Shown here in pieces: positions 1 through 9,990 of a stretch of DNA of 64,000 nucleotides. A model generated the notes under the pieces. That model saw nothing but the letters and a program-made list of their open reading frames with translations. It was not told the origin of the DNA and searched no databases. The position numbers and the translations under genes are program-made. The first letter of the stretch is position 1, and the number at the start of each line of letters is the position of its first letter. The DNA comes from Candidatus Latescibacterota bacterium (GTDB lineage: Bacteria; Latescibacterota; UBA2968; UBA8231). Where the stretch lies: positions 3,776,001-3,840,000 of the forward strand of contig CBDCDC010000002.1 of assembly GCA_965215195.1 (NCBI GenBank). Reading direction: 5' to 3'.

Positions 1-623
1 CCCAAAGTCGTCTCCCAGTGGCCGCCTATTAGGTAGGTTCCGAACGAAGGTCTGCCGAATACGCCCTCTGGGTTTACCTGAACGCCGCTCTGCGACAGCC
101 CCGTGGCCAAGAGGACTGGATCCGAGATCCGCGAGGCGATGATGCTGAAACCGGTCTTGCGCGTAGAGGCGTCGAAGCGAAGGCCGTTGAGACGGCTCAA
201 ATTCAGGGTCAAAGGCGAAAAGCGGGTGGGGATGGCATCGCCTACCATGATAGCAGCCGACCATCCCCGGTAGGAATCCATGCCGATCATCAAGTTGCGG
301 AAAATCTGTGGGTAGATCGGACTCTTGAAGATGGCGCTGCCCCGCTCTGGTCCCTCGGTACGGCTCTCCTCGAGCGTGAATACTGGCACCCCGTCGATCA
401 AATAGACCCCGAAGGGGTCGTAAACCCGCCGCTCAATATCCTGCTCATCAAAGTCGCGGTAGCCGTACTGTCCGAGATTCTCGTAGCGTTCTTTTTGCCA
501 CAAAGGGTAGTAGTCGCGGGAGATTAGCTGGGCCTCGGCCCTACAGAAGTACAGGAGGAACGCGGCGAATACAGCGAGTGATAATTCTCCTCTAAGCCGC
601 TCTATCACGACGCTTCTCCGCAT
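1..623 (-). CDS. 5' part of a large secreted/outer-membrane hypothetical protein (runs off the window start)
   Basis: Not in the ORF track. Manual translation from ATG at 623: MRRSVVIERLRGELSLAVFAAFLLYFCRAEAQLISRDYYPLWQKERYENLGQYGYRDF...YDPFGVYLIDG...TRFSPLTLNLSRLNGLRFD..., open to base 1; signal peptide ending AEA. Confidence 0.75.
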   Translation of the reverse strand, partial: MRRSVVIERLRGELSLAVFAAFLLYFCRAEAQLISRDYYPLWQKERYENLGQYGYRDFDEQDIERRVYDPFGVYLIDGVPVFTLEESRTEGPERGSAIFKSPIYPQIFRNLMIGMDSYRGWSAAIMVGDAIPTRFSPLTLNLSRLNGLRFDASTRKTGFSIIASRISDPVLLATGLSQSGVQVNPEGVFGRPSFGTYLIGGHWETTL

Positions 624-712
624 TGCTTTGGGCTCGTGGTTTGACACAATCAGTGCCAGACCATCCCCTTGTTTTGTCTCGCCTAAAGGCGAGGTGAAGC
701 GCACCGGCCGCG

Positions 713-2971
713 CTAGTAGACGAGATGGACGACCCCAGCGGCCGTTTCATCCCCGTTATCCAGATTCGCTTTAAGTGTAAAGAGATAAATTCCGGGGGGT
801 GCCAATTCGCCCGATTCATCCATGCCATCCCAGAAGCCCGGAACAAAGCGCGCTTGTTCTTTATTTAAGAGAGGATGAACATAGCGGCCACCAATCAGCC
901 GCTCCGCGTTGAGCCGGCGTACTCTGCGCCCGGACAGGTCGAAGATCTCCACATCCACGCGGCGCGGCGCGGCCACTTTGGTCAGGGTGAACTCGATCAC
1001 GGTGAAGTCGTTCACACCGTCTCCGTTGGGTGTGAAGACGCGAGGATGGGCTCTAACGTTGAGTAGATCTTTCGCCACCACATCGGTCACCACGACCCCC
1101 CAAGAAGCGCCGTCCACCGAGTCTTCGCGGATGTTCTGTGGATTTTCGGAATTAGGACTGAACAGGGCGGCGCGAAATTCATGCGTGTCGGTGTAGAGGG
1201 CCGAGTGGACTAGAACTTGGAAGGAGATTTCCGTCCCGTCCACTGAACTCAGCGGCGGTTCGAAGAGGATGTCTAGGTCGTTGAGGCTCCGCGGCATAAT
1301 CCGCAACACGCGGTTTCCCACGTCAATACCTCTGCTACCCGTGGGAAATTGCGGCACAGGGATATCCTCGCCGAACAGTTGAATCGAATCCACTCTAGTG
1401 GGAAAGCTAGGCAGGTGGAGCCGAATTTTCTCCACTGCGTCGCCCTCGGCCAACTCTAAGATAGCCCGATAGACGAAGGGAATCTCCACTCCCATCGGGA
1501 CCTGATTGGGGACCACTGAACCACGTGCATCCCTCGCGGCGATTGTCTCCGCGCTGAAGTCGATCGCAAGACTGTCCAAAGCCGGAGTAACTTCCAAGTC
1601 TTCGGTGCGGAGGTTGACCCGGTAGCGCAGATAGCGCCGCGGTTCGGGCGAGGGAACAAAGATGTCTGAGGCCTCAAATTCCCGACTCCAAGCACTCCAG
1701 CTAGCATCGGTCGTATCCGGCGAATCTCCCGTGCTAAACTGCAGGCTCAACTCCGTGGCTGCAGGCACATCCGCCCACCAGCGGACGCGCCCGAAATTCT
1801 TCACCGCAGCATCGCCAAAGTCCAGCGGCGGCGAGATATAGCTTCCTTCAGGGACAAAATCAACGCCGTATATTTGGATCTCCGTCACCTTAGCCGGATC
1901 GCGGCCTACCTCTGCTTGGGTCACTTGGATCCGGACGTAGCGCGCCAGCACTGGATCAAAGAGCACCTCGGTGAAGATAACGTCCTCTATGTCGTTGATT
2001 CCCCCCATCTCAATCCAGCGAGACTGGTCCTCGCTAATCTGCACAGAATACCCCAACAGCGAGTTGCCAGCATACGTCTCGTTTCCAGCGGGTGGCTTGG
2101 TTATAACCCGAACCCGGTTGATCCGCGTCAGGTCCGGCAGCGTAATGTCGACCAAGCGATTCAACGCACCCAGTCCTTGGGGCAGAGACCATACTGGAGT
2201 GCCGATCCGGCCATCGGTCACCCCCACTTCAGTAGCATTCAGCCCCAAGGCTATATTCTGGCCACGCTGGTCGGCGAGGACGATGCGACCCGTACTCGAA
2301 CTGCCCAGATTCACCGCATTCGGATAGCCGGCGATCACCTCGGCGAGCGGATGAAATATGCCTCCCTGCACCTGCCCTCTGCTAATCGTTCCGGCCTGCA
2401 CCCTCTGCCACGAATTTTGCACATTCTCGGTTGTCCAGTCGGTGCCGACTTGCGCGGCGTGTGACCAGAACCAAGGAGATGTTTCGTCCGTGAAGCTACT
2501 CACCACGACTTGAGGGCCAGCCTGAAGGCTGAGAATCAGGCCGCTGCCGGCCACCGCCTCGAAATGGTTCACCGCCACCGCGATATCGTTGGCCCCTGTC
2601 TGCAGATCTACGGAGACTCCTTCGGCAGTCCGCCAGTCGGTGTCGGATTCTACTTCGCTACCATTAAAAAAAAGGGTATAATCCCCGATAGCTGTAACCC
2701 TTGCAATCCCCGAGCGAGCCTGTTGAGCTTGGAAGGTATGACGGTAGTACGTTGTCTGCTCCCAGTGGCCGATGTGGAGAGCTTGGCCACAGAGCCGGCT
2801 GCTCCCAAAGCCGAGCAGGAGGAGAGTCAAGGACAGCAGAATTCTTCGTCTTCCCAAGAGAAAGCCTGCTTCCTGTAGGGGGCAACTTAGCTGTGCAGTT
2901 GAGATGGGGGTGAAAGAGGACGAGGTGGGCGAATGGTCCAAACAGCCGCTCACCTCGTCCATCTGGCTCAA
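713..2971 (-). CDS. Secreted protein with galactose-binding/discoidin(F5/8)-like domains and C-terminal FlgD-Ig / gliding-motility-associated CTD
   Basis: 752 aa ORF (true start may be about 2857); hydrophobic leader; 'YSVQISEDQSRW...ARYVRIQVT...TEIQIYG' F5/8-like; C-terminus 'FTPNGDGVND...IFDLSGRRVR...WDGMDESG...PGIY...HLVY'. Confidence 0.75.
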   Translation of the reverse strand: MSQMDEVSGCLDHSPTSSSFTPISTAQLSCPLQEAGFLLGRRRILLSLTLLLLGFGSSRLCGQALHIGHWEQTTYYRHTFQAQQARSGIARVTAIGDYTLFFNGSEVESDTDWRTAEGVSVDLQTGANDIAVAVNHFEAVAGSGLILSLQAGPQVVVSSFTDETSPWFWSHAAQVGTDWTTENVQNSWQRVQAGTISRGQVQGGIFHPLAEVIAGYPNAVNLGSSSTGRIVLADQRGQNIALGLNATEVGVTDGRIGTPVWSLPQGLGALNRLVDITLPDLTRINRVRVITKPPAGNETYAGNSLLGYSVQISEDQSRWIEMGGINDIEDVIFTEVLFDPVLARYVRIQVTQAEVGRDPAKVTEIQIYGVDFVPEGSYISPPLDFGDAAVKNFGRVRWWADVPAATELSLQFSTGDSPDTTDASWSAWSREFEASDIFVPSPEPRRYLRYRVNLRTEDLEVTPALDSLAIDFSAETIAARDARGSVVPNQVPMGVEIPFVYRAILELAEGDAVEKIRLHLPSFPTRVDSIQLFGEDIPVPQFPTGSRGIDVGNRVLRIMPRSLNDLDILFEPPLSSVDGTEISFQVLVHSALYTDTHEFRAALFSPNSENPQNIREDSVDGASWGVVVTDVVAKDLLNVRAHPRVFTPNGDGVNDFTVIEFTLTKVAAPRRVDVEIFDLSGRRVRRLNAERLIGGRYVHPLLNKEQARFVPGFWDGMDESGELAPPGIYLFTLKANLDNGDETAAGVVHLVY

Positions 2972-2984
2972 TACAGCCGGGATA

Positions 2985-4892
2985 TTACTTGAGCAAAGTC
3001 AGCTTCTTAGCCTCAAAGAAGCTACCAGCCTGTAGGGTGTAGAGATACACGCCACTGGCCACGCTCGCGCCAGAATCATCCGTCCCATCCCACGCGCTCT
3101 GATATGCGCCGGCCTCGACCCAACCCTGATGCAGAGTCTTCACCTGCTGACCCGACAAATTGTATATCTGCAGCATCGCGTTCTCAGCCCGAGGGATGCT
3201 GAAGCGGATAGTGGTCTGGGGGTTGGCCGGATTGGGAACGGCGTTATCGAGCGCATACGTATCGGGCAGCCCCACTCCCTCCACCGATTCTACGGCCGTG
3301 AGCCCGGTATCGGGATTGATGAGCGCGGTCTTGGTGTCAAAGGGAAAGTGGATCGCCTGACGAGCCGGAAATCCCGTGAAGTCGGGCACATCCCAGGGGT
3401 CGGTCCCACCGCCGCGCCGCGAGCCGATGTCCCAGTAGAGCCCGTCGTACGGACCGTCCTCTTCAATCGACTCAACCCATTGCGGCCAGTGGGCCGGAGC
3501 GTGGGTGGCCACCATGTGGAGGATACCCGTGCCATCCGGTCCTAAGATATCCACCGTGCTGGTGGTACTGCCTAACAGCGGGATAAAGGCAAAGCCCCAG
3601 CCGTCCTTGCTGCCCGAACCAGATGTGTTCCACGGCGTGATGGCAAAGGAGCCGTAATCGAATTCTCCGGTATCCGCGTTCCGCCGATCCGCAAAGCCGT
3701 CGCCATTGTCGTTGAGCCACTTCAACTCGCCGTCAAGAGTGATCTTGACATGCTGGGAGCCCGCATAGCCCACGACGTAGATTCCGGTATCGTCCACCCA
3801 GATATCGTGGGGGCTGAAGGCTTGGTTGCCCTCGCCCACATCCACGACTAGCCAGTCGGACAGGTCGAGCACATCGATGACCTCTCCGGTAGCCGCATCC
3901 TGAATCCCGACATTGGCGTGGGCGGGCGCGTCTCTACCTCGGTCGTAGATGGGGTAGTAGAGCCGTTCCTTCCATACATCTATGCCAGTTGAGCCCACAG
4001 CGAGATTCCCATCGCTGAAGGGCTCGAACTTCATGCGGCCGTCCCCTTCAGTGCCGAAGTTCCGGTCTAGGGTGACTTGGCCATTCGCTGGATCTACGTT
4101 GAACTTGATGGCACCGTAGATCGTTCCGTCCCAGCTATCGCCGTAGAAGTCGCCGGGCAGACTACCGTACTGTTTGCCGTTGCCGCCGCCCTGCCACTGG
4201 GCCGGCATGACGTCATCGGTGTGGGAAACGGTCATGAGTTCGTTTTCGACGTCAATCGCCTGCCACGCGCCCGGCGTCTCCAGCCAGTTGGTGCCGACGC
4301 GCGTGAGGAACAAGTGGCGCGGCCCATCCGCCGTCAGCCGCTGCGTACTGCCGCCGGTCACAATGAAGAGATCGCCGTTCTGGTCGCGGGCCAAACACGA
4401 CTCAGCCGTGTGCCGCTCATTAGCATAGCCCACCATGTTGATGGGTGCTTGGTCGTCAAGGCCGACGACAAAGAACCGATAGCTGGCATTGGGATCCGCC
4501 TGATTGCCGTTCATATCGTTTCCGTCCCATCGGATTGAATGCGAACCCGGCTCAAAGCGAGAGCCCGGGGAAACCCACAGAGCCTTGTTCACTTCTTGGT
4601 AGGTATGCCAGTTGAAATCGCCCTCCACCGTCAGCCCCGGCAGATCGGCATCCCCCCAGTTCGTGTAAACAGCTAGATAGACCGTGGCGGGAGATCCCGA
4701 CATAGTGAAGGGAATATCCACGGGGAAGCTGCTGATGCTCACGTCCTCGACTTCTATTGTCAGCACCGTGGGCATCCGGCTCTCGGTTATTTCATTCTCC
4801 TCGCCGCCTATGGCACCCTGGGCGAATGCCGAGTGGGTAGGTAGCAAAGCGAAAGCTACTGCGAGGCCAATACTGGCTAAAAACTTTTTCAT
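2985..4892 (-). CDS. Secreted protein with probable beta-propeller and FlgD-Ig / T9SS type-A-like sorting domain
   Basis: Signal peptide MKKFLASIGLAVAFALLPTHSAFA; N-terminal 'SIRWDGNDMNG' FlgD-like motif; C-terminus 'PNPANPQTTIRF...IYNLSGQQVKTL...WDGTDDSG...SGVYLY...KKLTLLK'; GGAG SD upstream. Confidence 0.8.
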   Translation of the reverse strand: MKKFLASIGLAVAFALLPTHSAFAQGAIGGEENEITESRMPTVLTIEVEDVSISSFPVDIPFTMSGSPATVYLAVYTNWGDADLPGLTVEGDFNWHTYQEVNKALWVSPGSRFEPGSHSIRWDGNDMNGNQADPNASYRFFVVGLDDQAPINMVGYANERHTAESCLARDQNGDLFIVTGGSTQRLTADGPRHLFLTRVGTNWLETPGAWQAIDVENELMTVSHTDDVMPAQWQGGGNGKQYGSLPGDFYGDSWDGTIYGAIKFNVDPANGQVTLDRNFGTEGDGRMKFEPFSDGNLAVGSTGIDVWKERLYYPIYDRGRDAPAHANVGIQDAATGEVIDVLDLSDWLVVDVGEGNQAFSPHDIWVDDTGIYVVGYAGSQHVKITLDGELKWLNDNGDGFADRRNADTGEFDYGSFAITPWNTSGSGSKDGWGFAFIPLLGSTTSTVDILGPDGTGILHMVATHAPAHWPQWVESIEEDGPYDGLYWDIGSRRGGGTDPWDVPDFTGFPARQAIHFPFDTKTALINPDTGLTAVESVEGVGLPDTYALDNAVPNPANPQTTIRFSIPRAENAMLQIYNLSGQQVKTLHQGWVEAGAYQSAWDGTDDSGASVASGVYLYTLQAGSFFEAKKLTLLK

Positions 4893-5269
4893 AGCGCATT
4901 CTCCAAGCTGGTATAACTGGTGAAAGCTGAAAACTTCTGCGAAACTTCGCTTTACCCGATTTTGCTATTAACCACCTCCTTTCTTTGAGAGGGAGAAGTG
5001 TGTGAAGTGTGTAACGTCGGCCAAAATAGGTTAAAATTTTGGACAGCCAATATACAGAAAAATCCAGCGCAAAAGCAAATTTTATTATAACTTCAGCAGA
5101 TTGATCTGAGGTATCGCTGGTAACCAAACTGATTTCAAAATTCTCATGGGAAATGTGGTTGAATCTTCACGCTGAATTCCGCACATTTCGCAGCTACTTG
5201 ACCGCGTCTGCACGCCGCCGATTTGTAAGCTAACAATCCATCCGAGGAACTAATTTTTTGCAGGTATCC

Positions 5270-5695
5270 ATGGCCAAAATCCTCTTTCTCTGCACCGGTA
5301 ACTCCTGCCGCAGCCAAATGGCCGAGGGCTTTGCCCGCGCCCTAAAATCCACTCAATTTGAAGCCTACTCAGCGGGAATCGAGACCCACGGCCTCAACCC
5401 CAACGCTGTCCAAGTGATGGCCGAGGTCGGCATTGATATCTCGGCCCAGCAATCGACGCACGTTGACCAGCTTTGCCACATTGACTTCGACTGGGTGGTC
5501 GCGGTCTGCGATCACGCGGCCGAACAGTGTCCTGTTTTTCCGGGGTGCGCCCGGGTGGTCCACCGGGCCTTTGACGATCCGCCGAAGCTGGCGCGGAATG
5601 CGCGCAATAAAGAAGAAGCACTGGGGGTGTATCGGCGGGTGCGCGACGAGATCGGTGCTTATATCGAGACCTTGCCCGAGGGCTTGAGGGACTAA
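5270..5695 (+). CDS. arsC: Arsenate reductase, thioredoxin-dependent (LMW-PTP family)
   Basis: CTGNSCRSQMAEG P-loop, VCDHAAEQCP, FDDP, YRRVRDEI; ATG at 5270. Confidence 0.9.
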   Translation: MAKILFLCTGNSCRSQMAEGFARALKSTQFEAYSAGIETHGLNPNAVQVMAEVGIDISAQQSTHVDQLCHIDFDWVVAVCDHAAEQCPVFPGCARVVHRAFDDPPKLARNARNKEEALGVYRRVRDEIGAYIETLPEGLRD

Positions 5696-5870
5696 ACGCG
5701 CCTTGGCTACGGAACGACGCATATCATTAATGCATGCGTGAAAGTGGTCGGATGCGACGGAGAGGCTGGTACAACCAGCGAGGCGTCAGCCATACGACTG
5801 CGCGGCCCGCAGCCGATGAAATGGTGCCGACAGTAGAAAGAGCCGCTAACGGCACTGCAAGGGCAGGGGA

Positions 5871-6479
5871 TTAAGGCGCATCGGCGAGCGGCCGTGGAGT
5901 AGCGACGATGCAGCGGAAGGTGAGGTTGAGGCGCAGGGCGCACGGCTGTCGAGTCTTGGGGACTTGGTGCTGCCAGTGGGCTTGGGTCGGGCCGCGCATG
6001 ATGAGGAGTGCACCGTGCCCGAGGGAGATTTCGACCGGGGCGCGGTCGCGGCGTTTGGGCCGCAGGAGGAAGCGCCGCGTCCCGCCCAAACTCAGCGAGG
6101 CGATCGTCGGATCGGCCCCTAACTCGGGCTCGTCGTCGCTGTGCCAGCCCATGCTGTCGCGGCCATCGCGGTACTGATTGAGCAAGACGCTGTTGAAGGG
6201 ACAGTCGGCGGCCGCTTCGATCCGCGTCTTAAGGGCCAGCAGCGGCGCAGTCCACGGGCGCGGCGCCAGCGCCAGCCCGGAATAGGCATAGTGGGCCTGT
6301 GCGGACCCGTGCCACGCCGAAAGACGCGGCGCGGGAAGCCGGCGGCCAAAGACGACGACGTGGTGCTGCTGCCACTCAATGCCGTCCAACAGTTGCCGCA
6401 TGAATTGGTCGGCCTCGGCAGGAGCTAAAAAGTCCGCGGCGTAGCGCAGGTCGCCGTCCGTTAGCCGGATGGTTCTCAT
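5871..6479 (-). CDS. AlkB-family 2OG-Fe(II) dioxygenase
   Basis: FNSVLLNQYRDGRDSMGWHSDDE...WQHQVPK...RLNLTFR. Confidence 0.9.
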   Translation of the reverse strand: MRTIRLTDGDLRYAADFLAPAEADQFMRQLLDGIEWQQHHVVVFGRRLPAPRLSAWHGSAQAHYAYSGLALAPRPWTAPLLALKTRIEAAADCPFNSVLLNQYRDGRDSMGWHSDDEPELGADPTIASLSLGGTRRFLLRPKRRDRAPVEISLGHGALLIMRGPTQAHWQHQVPKTRQPCALRLNLTFRCIVATPRPLADAP

Positions 6480-6491
6480 GATGGCTAGTTC

Positions 6492-7391
6492 TCATTCCAC
6501 GGCAAAGCCGAGGTCGTCCAGTGCCCGGCACAGGGCGGCGCGGCCCGCATCGTCGAATGGGATGTGGGGCGGTCGGGCCGGGCCTACGGGCAGGCCGCGC
6601 ATGGTCAAAATCTCCTTGACGGCCGCTAGCAGGTCAAAGTGGAACAAGGTGGAGATGACCTCGTTGGCGCGCGCTTGCAGGGCCATGGCCGGCCGGATGT
6701 CGCTCGCTTCAAAGTGCTGCCGCATCTCCACGAACAGTTTGGGCATGATGTTGTAGGTTGAGCCAATGGCCGCGTCGCTGCCGGCGACCATGCCGCCGAG
6801 GCAGATTTCGTCCGGGCCGGAGATGAGGTTGAGGCGGTCGCCGCCTAGCTGCACGAGGCGCTGGAAGAGGTAGAAGTTGCTGTCGGTGAACTTGAGGCCG
6901 CTGAAGTTGGGCACGGCTTCCATGGCGTCGAGGAACTGTTCGGCCGTAACGTCCTTGGCGGCAGTTTGAGCGAGCCAATACACGTAGAAGGGCAAATCAG
7001 TGGCCGCACCAATAGCTGCGTAGTGGGCGACCGCGGCTTGGAGGTCGTTGGGCTGATCCACCGGCGCAACCGAAGCCACGGCCTCCGCACCAGCGGCCGC
7101 AGCGTGCTGGGCCAATTCCACTGCATTGACCGTGCTCGTCGCGCCGACTTGGAAGATCAGGGGCACGGCACCGGCCACCGCGGCTAGGGTCGCTTCGGCC
7201 ATGGCTTTGCGCTCGGGCACGCTCATGGCACTCCCCTCGCCCGTGCCGCCGCAGACGAAGAAGCCGTTAGAGCCAGCGTCGATCAGGTGCCGGACGAGCG
7301 GCTCGACGCGCGCCGGGGCCAATGCGCTGCCGTCGTCGGTGAACGGAGTGACGAGCGCGGGCCAGATCCCGCGCGCTAGTTTGTCAGCCAT
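6492..7391 (-). CDS. DHDPS/N-acetylneuraminate lyase-family aldolase
   Basis: PALVTPF, GGTGEG, Schiff-base lysine in GLKFTD, AIGSTYN; ATG at 7391 with GAGGA SD. Confidence 0.85.
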   Translation of the reverse strand: MADKLARGIWPALVTPFTDDGSALAPARVEPLVRHLIDAGSNGFFVCGGTGEGSAMSVPERKAMAEATLAAVAGAVPLIFQVGATSTVNAVELAQHAAAAGAEAVASVAPVDQPNDLQAAVAHYAAIGAATDLPFYVYWLAQTAAKDVTAEQFLDAMEAVPNFSGLKFTDSNFYLFQRLVQLGGDRLNLISGPDEICLGGMVAGSDAAIGSTYNIMPKLFVEMRQHFEASDIRPAMALQARANEVISTLFHFDLLAAVKEILTMRGLPVGPARPPHIPFDDAGRAALCRALDDLGFAVE

Positions 7392-7439
7392 AGAATCCTC
7401 CACAGGTATGACTTGCGAATTCGTAGTTTGCAATTCCAA

Positions 7440-7624
7440 TTAAACCACTTGGCCGCCGCGGATGGTAGCCACCTGAGCACGGTGTGGGCCGGTCCTTCTA
7501 CGCCGGGGCCGGAGGCCACGATGCGGTCGCCGCGGATGGCCACGGCACCGAGGCCGTCTAGGCCGCTGTCCGCGCAGAACAGGCGCGGGGCACGCACCAA
7601 CAGGTCGTAGGTTTGTGCGGTCAT
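7440..7624 (-). pseudogene. Internally deleted amidohydrolase/dihydroorotase-like gene
   Basis: N-terminus MTAQTYDLLVRAPRLFCADSGLDGLGAVAIRGDRIVASG joined out of frame to QVATIRGGQVV-stop, a typical amidohydrolase C-terminus. Confidence 0.7.
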
Positions 7625-7628
7625 GGTG

Positions 7629-9980
7629 TTAGTAGGCCACGGCGATGGTGCGGAGCGCAGTGTCGTGGCCCGCATCCGCACCCAGATTGACGCGCAGGAC
7701 GTACAGGCCGGGTGCGGCGCTCGCTCCGTCGGCATCGCGGCCGTCCCAAGTGAAGAGGCGTTGCGAGCCCTCGGTGCTTGGGGTGAGGACCGCTACTTGG
7801 CGTCCGGCTAGATCGAAGACTTCCACCCGCGGCTCCGTGCCCTCCACTTTGAAGGCCACGAATCGCACCTCTAGCTGGTCGTTGATGCCGTCGCCGTTGG
7901 GAGTTACGGTCGCCGAGGCCAGTTGTAGGTCGCTGATGAGCTGGCCGCTGCTGGTCAGCTCGGGCAGCATGACGATGTTGGAGCGGCGCTCGGCCGCCTC
8001 GACTGACTGCCACAGGCCGGGTGATTCGCTCGATCCTAAGTCGAGGGCAAAGACGGTGGCATTTTGCAGCAGGCGGGTAGTGAAGCGCACTTGCAGGGAG
8101 TCGGCCGCGATCACCTGCGGCAACGCGATGAGCAGGGAGTCGGACTGCATGTCCAAGGCGGCCGGAACGACTTCTTCCGCGCCGACCATCACCGACACGC
8201 TCTGGAGGTCGACAGGTTCGGGGACGGTGAAGCGCAGGCGGTCAAAGCCGCTGTCGAGTTCGTCGGTTTCGGGCCAGAGAGTGTAGGTAAAGTGCGTGTC
8301 TTGGTTGGGGCTGGCCTCGCGGGGAGCGACGCTGCCGCGCGCGTTTTGGACTAAGGCGTTTTCGAACTCAACCGAGACCGAGTTGACGGTCGGGGCGACC
8401 GCCGGATCGTCGGTGGAGAGAATCATCTCCAGCAGCACGAAGCGGCGGGGGCTGTCCGACTTGAAGCTCTCACCGGAAAACTGGTACACGTTGCTCCAAG
8501 CGTCCCAGTCCTCGCCAACGACCAGCGAGGTGTCGATAGGGCCGCGCAGCACTTTGGGCGAGCTCTTCCATTTTTCCTCGGTGATTTCTTCGCCGAGCTT
8601 ATTGTGGAACGCATAGACCGGCGCCAGCGCGTTACCCGAACGCGAGCGCAGTTGCATCCGGGTGCCTAGAGGCAGGTCGGCGTCCCAGTGCAGGGCCTTG
8701 ATGACTTTGGGCCGCCCGTCGCCGGCTTCCTCGCCGAGGTTGATAAAAGCAGACTGCAACTCAACTTGGGCCGGATACCCCGGAGAGAACAGTTGCATTT
8801 CGCCCCACTTGGAAATGCCCCACCCCCGGCAGGTAACTCCGTGCCAGAGTAGGTAGCGGGCCTTGCGCGGCGCGAAGAGGTAGCGCATGTAAAGCAGGTT
8901 GTCGGCGTTGGGATCCAGATGAGTGAAGACCTCTTCGTAATCGACGTTTTCGGGCACTTCGACGAGCGGGGCGGTGCCCGTGGCCGGGGTGCCGTCGGAA
9001 AAGAGCAGGGTGTGGCCCGGCCCGGTGCCAGAGATGGTGAACCCCAGCGTGCCTTCGTCGGGCTGCATGGAGTAGATGAACATCTCGTCGATGAAGAACG
9101 TCGCGCCGAGATCTGCGCGGAACCACGTGCCGCCTTCGGCCCATTCCGACAGCGCGCCGCGACAGTCGGTGACGGTGTTGTTGGTGTTGAGGTTGGCGTC
9201 GAACAGGTTGAAGGTAGAGCCGGTGCCATCGCCTTCGACGAAATTGCCGCGCTGTCTGGTGCCAATGGCAATGTTGTCGCCAATGCCGATGACCTCAACC
9301 TCGGCGAGGGCGGCGTCTTGGTTTTGCTCTTCGGAAATGATTTGGATGTACTGGATCAACTGGTAGTGGTTGCGCTCTGCGGGCGTTAAGTCCAAGTCCG
9401 GGTCGATCACGAGTGCGCTGTCGCGGCCGGCGTAGCGCAGCGGGATCGCGATTGCGGCTTCGGCGTTGGGGCGCGTGGTGCGAAAGGCTTGGCGGTAGAG
9501 AAAGAGGTCTTCAGTGGCCGAGATGCGCACGCCCGAGGTGGTGAAGACGCGGAATTGGCGGAACGGACGCGCACCCTCTTGGTCGGGGAATTTCAGGCGA
9601 ATCTCGCGGGCTAGGGCTGCGCGGCCTAGGTCAATGGTGATGAACCAGTCCTCGCGGGCGTCGGCCGGGCTGGGTTGCCAATAGGTCGTCAGATCGCCGT
9701 CGATGGCCAGCGGGGCGTCGGCCGCGTTGGAACCGGCTTGCCAGAGGCCGCCGGCAACGGCATCGCCCCGGGCGCGCGTCTGGTGGACGAAGCGGTGCGC
9801 GTCCGCGACGAGGTTGATGTCCTTGCGGAATTTGACGAGCGTGAGCTGGCCCTGCTCTCCTACCTGAACCAAGCCGAAGGGCTGTTGCCATTGGGCCCAT
9901 TCCTCAGCGCTGTCGAAGGAGAGCACGTCAGCCGCTAGTGGGGCGGCTAACGCGAGACAGGCGATAATTGCACGGCGCAT
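7629..9980 (-). CDS. Secreted discoidin-like/FlgD-Ig protein, 'B-type' copy 2
   Basis: ATG 9980 with GGAGG SD; MRRAIIACLALAAPLAA leader; 'AIDGDLTTYW...IDLGRA', 'TPNGDGIND...WDGRD...IAVAY'; clear paralog of 12110-14452. Confidence 0.8.
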   Translation of the reverse strand: MRRAIIACLALAAPLAADVLSFDSAEEWAQWQQPFGLVQVGEQGQLTLVKFRKDINLVADAHRFVHQTRARGDAVAGGLWQAGSNAADAPLAIDGDLTTYWQPSPADAREDWFITIDLGRAALAREIRLKFPDQEGARPFRQFRVFTTSGVRISATEDLFLYRQAFRTTRPNAEAAIAIPLRYAGRDSALVIDPDLDLTPAERNHYQLIQYIQIISEEQNQDAALAEVEVIGIGDNIAIGTRQRGNFVEGDGTGSTFNLFDANLNTNNTVTDCRGALSEWAEGGTWFRADLGATFFIDEMFIYSMQPDEGTLGFTISGTGPGHTLLFSDGTPATGTAPLVEVPENVDYEEVFTHLDPNADNLLYMRYLFAPRKARYLLWHGVTCRGWGISKWGEMQLFSPGYPAQVELQSAFINLGEEAGDGRPKVIKALHWDADLPLGTRMQLRSRSGNALAPVYAFHNKLGEEITEEKWKSSPKVLRGPIDTSLVVGEDWDAWSNVYQFSGESFKSDSPRRFVLLEMILSTDDPAVAPTVNSVSVEFENALVQNARGSVAPREASPNQDTHFTYTLWPETDELDSGFDRLRFTVPEPVDLQSVSVMVGAEEVVPAALDMQSDSLLIALPQVIAADSLQVRFTTRLLQNATVFALDLGSSESPGLWQSVEAAERRSNIVMLPELTSSGQLISDLQLASATVTPNGDGINDQLEVRFVAFKVEGTEPRVEVFDLAGRQVAVLTPSTEGSQRLFTWDGRDADGASAAPGLYVLRVNLGADAGHDTALRTIAVAY

Positions 9981-9990
9981 CAAACCCTCC

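Noticed and set aside
5696-5870. Structured RNA or transposase remnant (WYNQRG peptide) between arsC and the alkB-like gene
   Set aside because: No recognisable RNA motif, and the peptide match is too short to support
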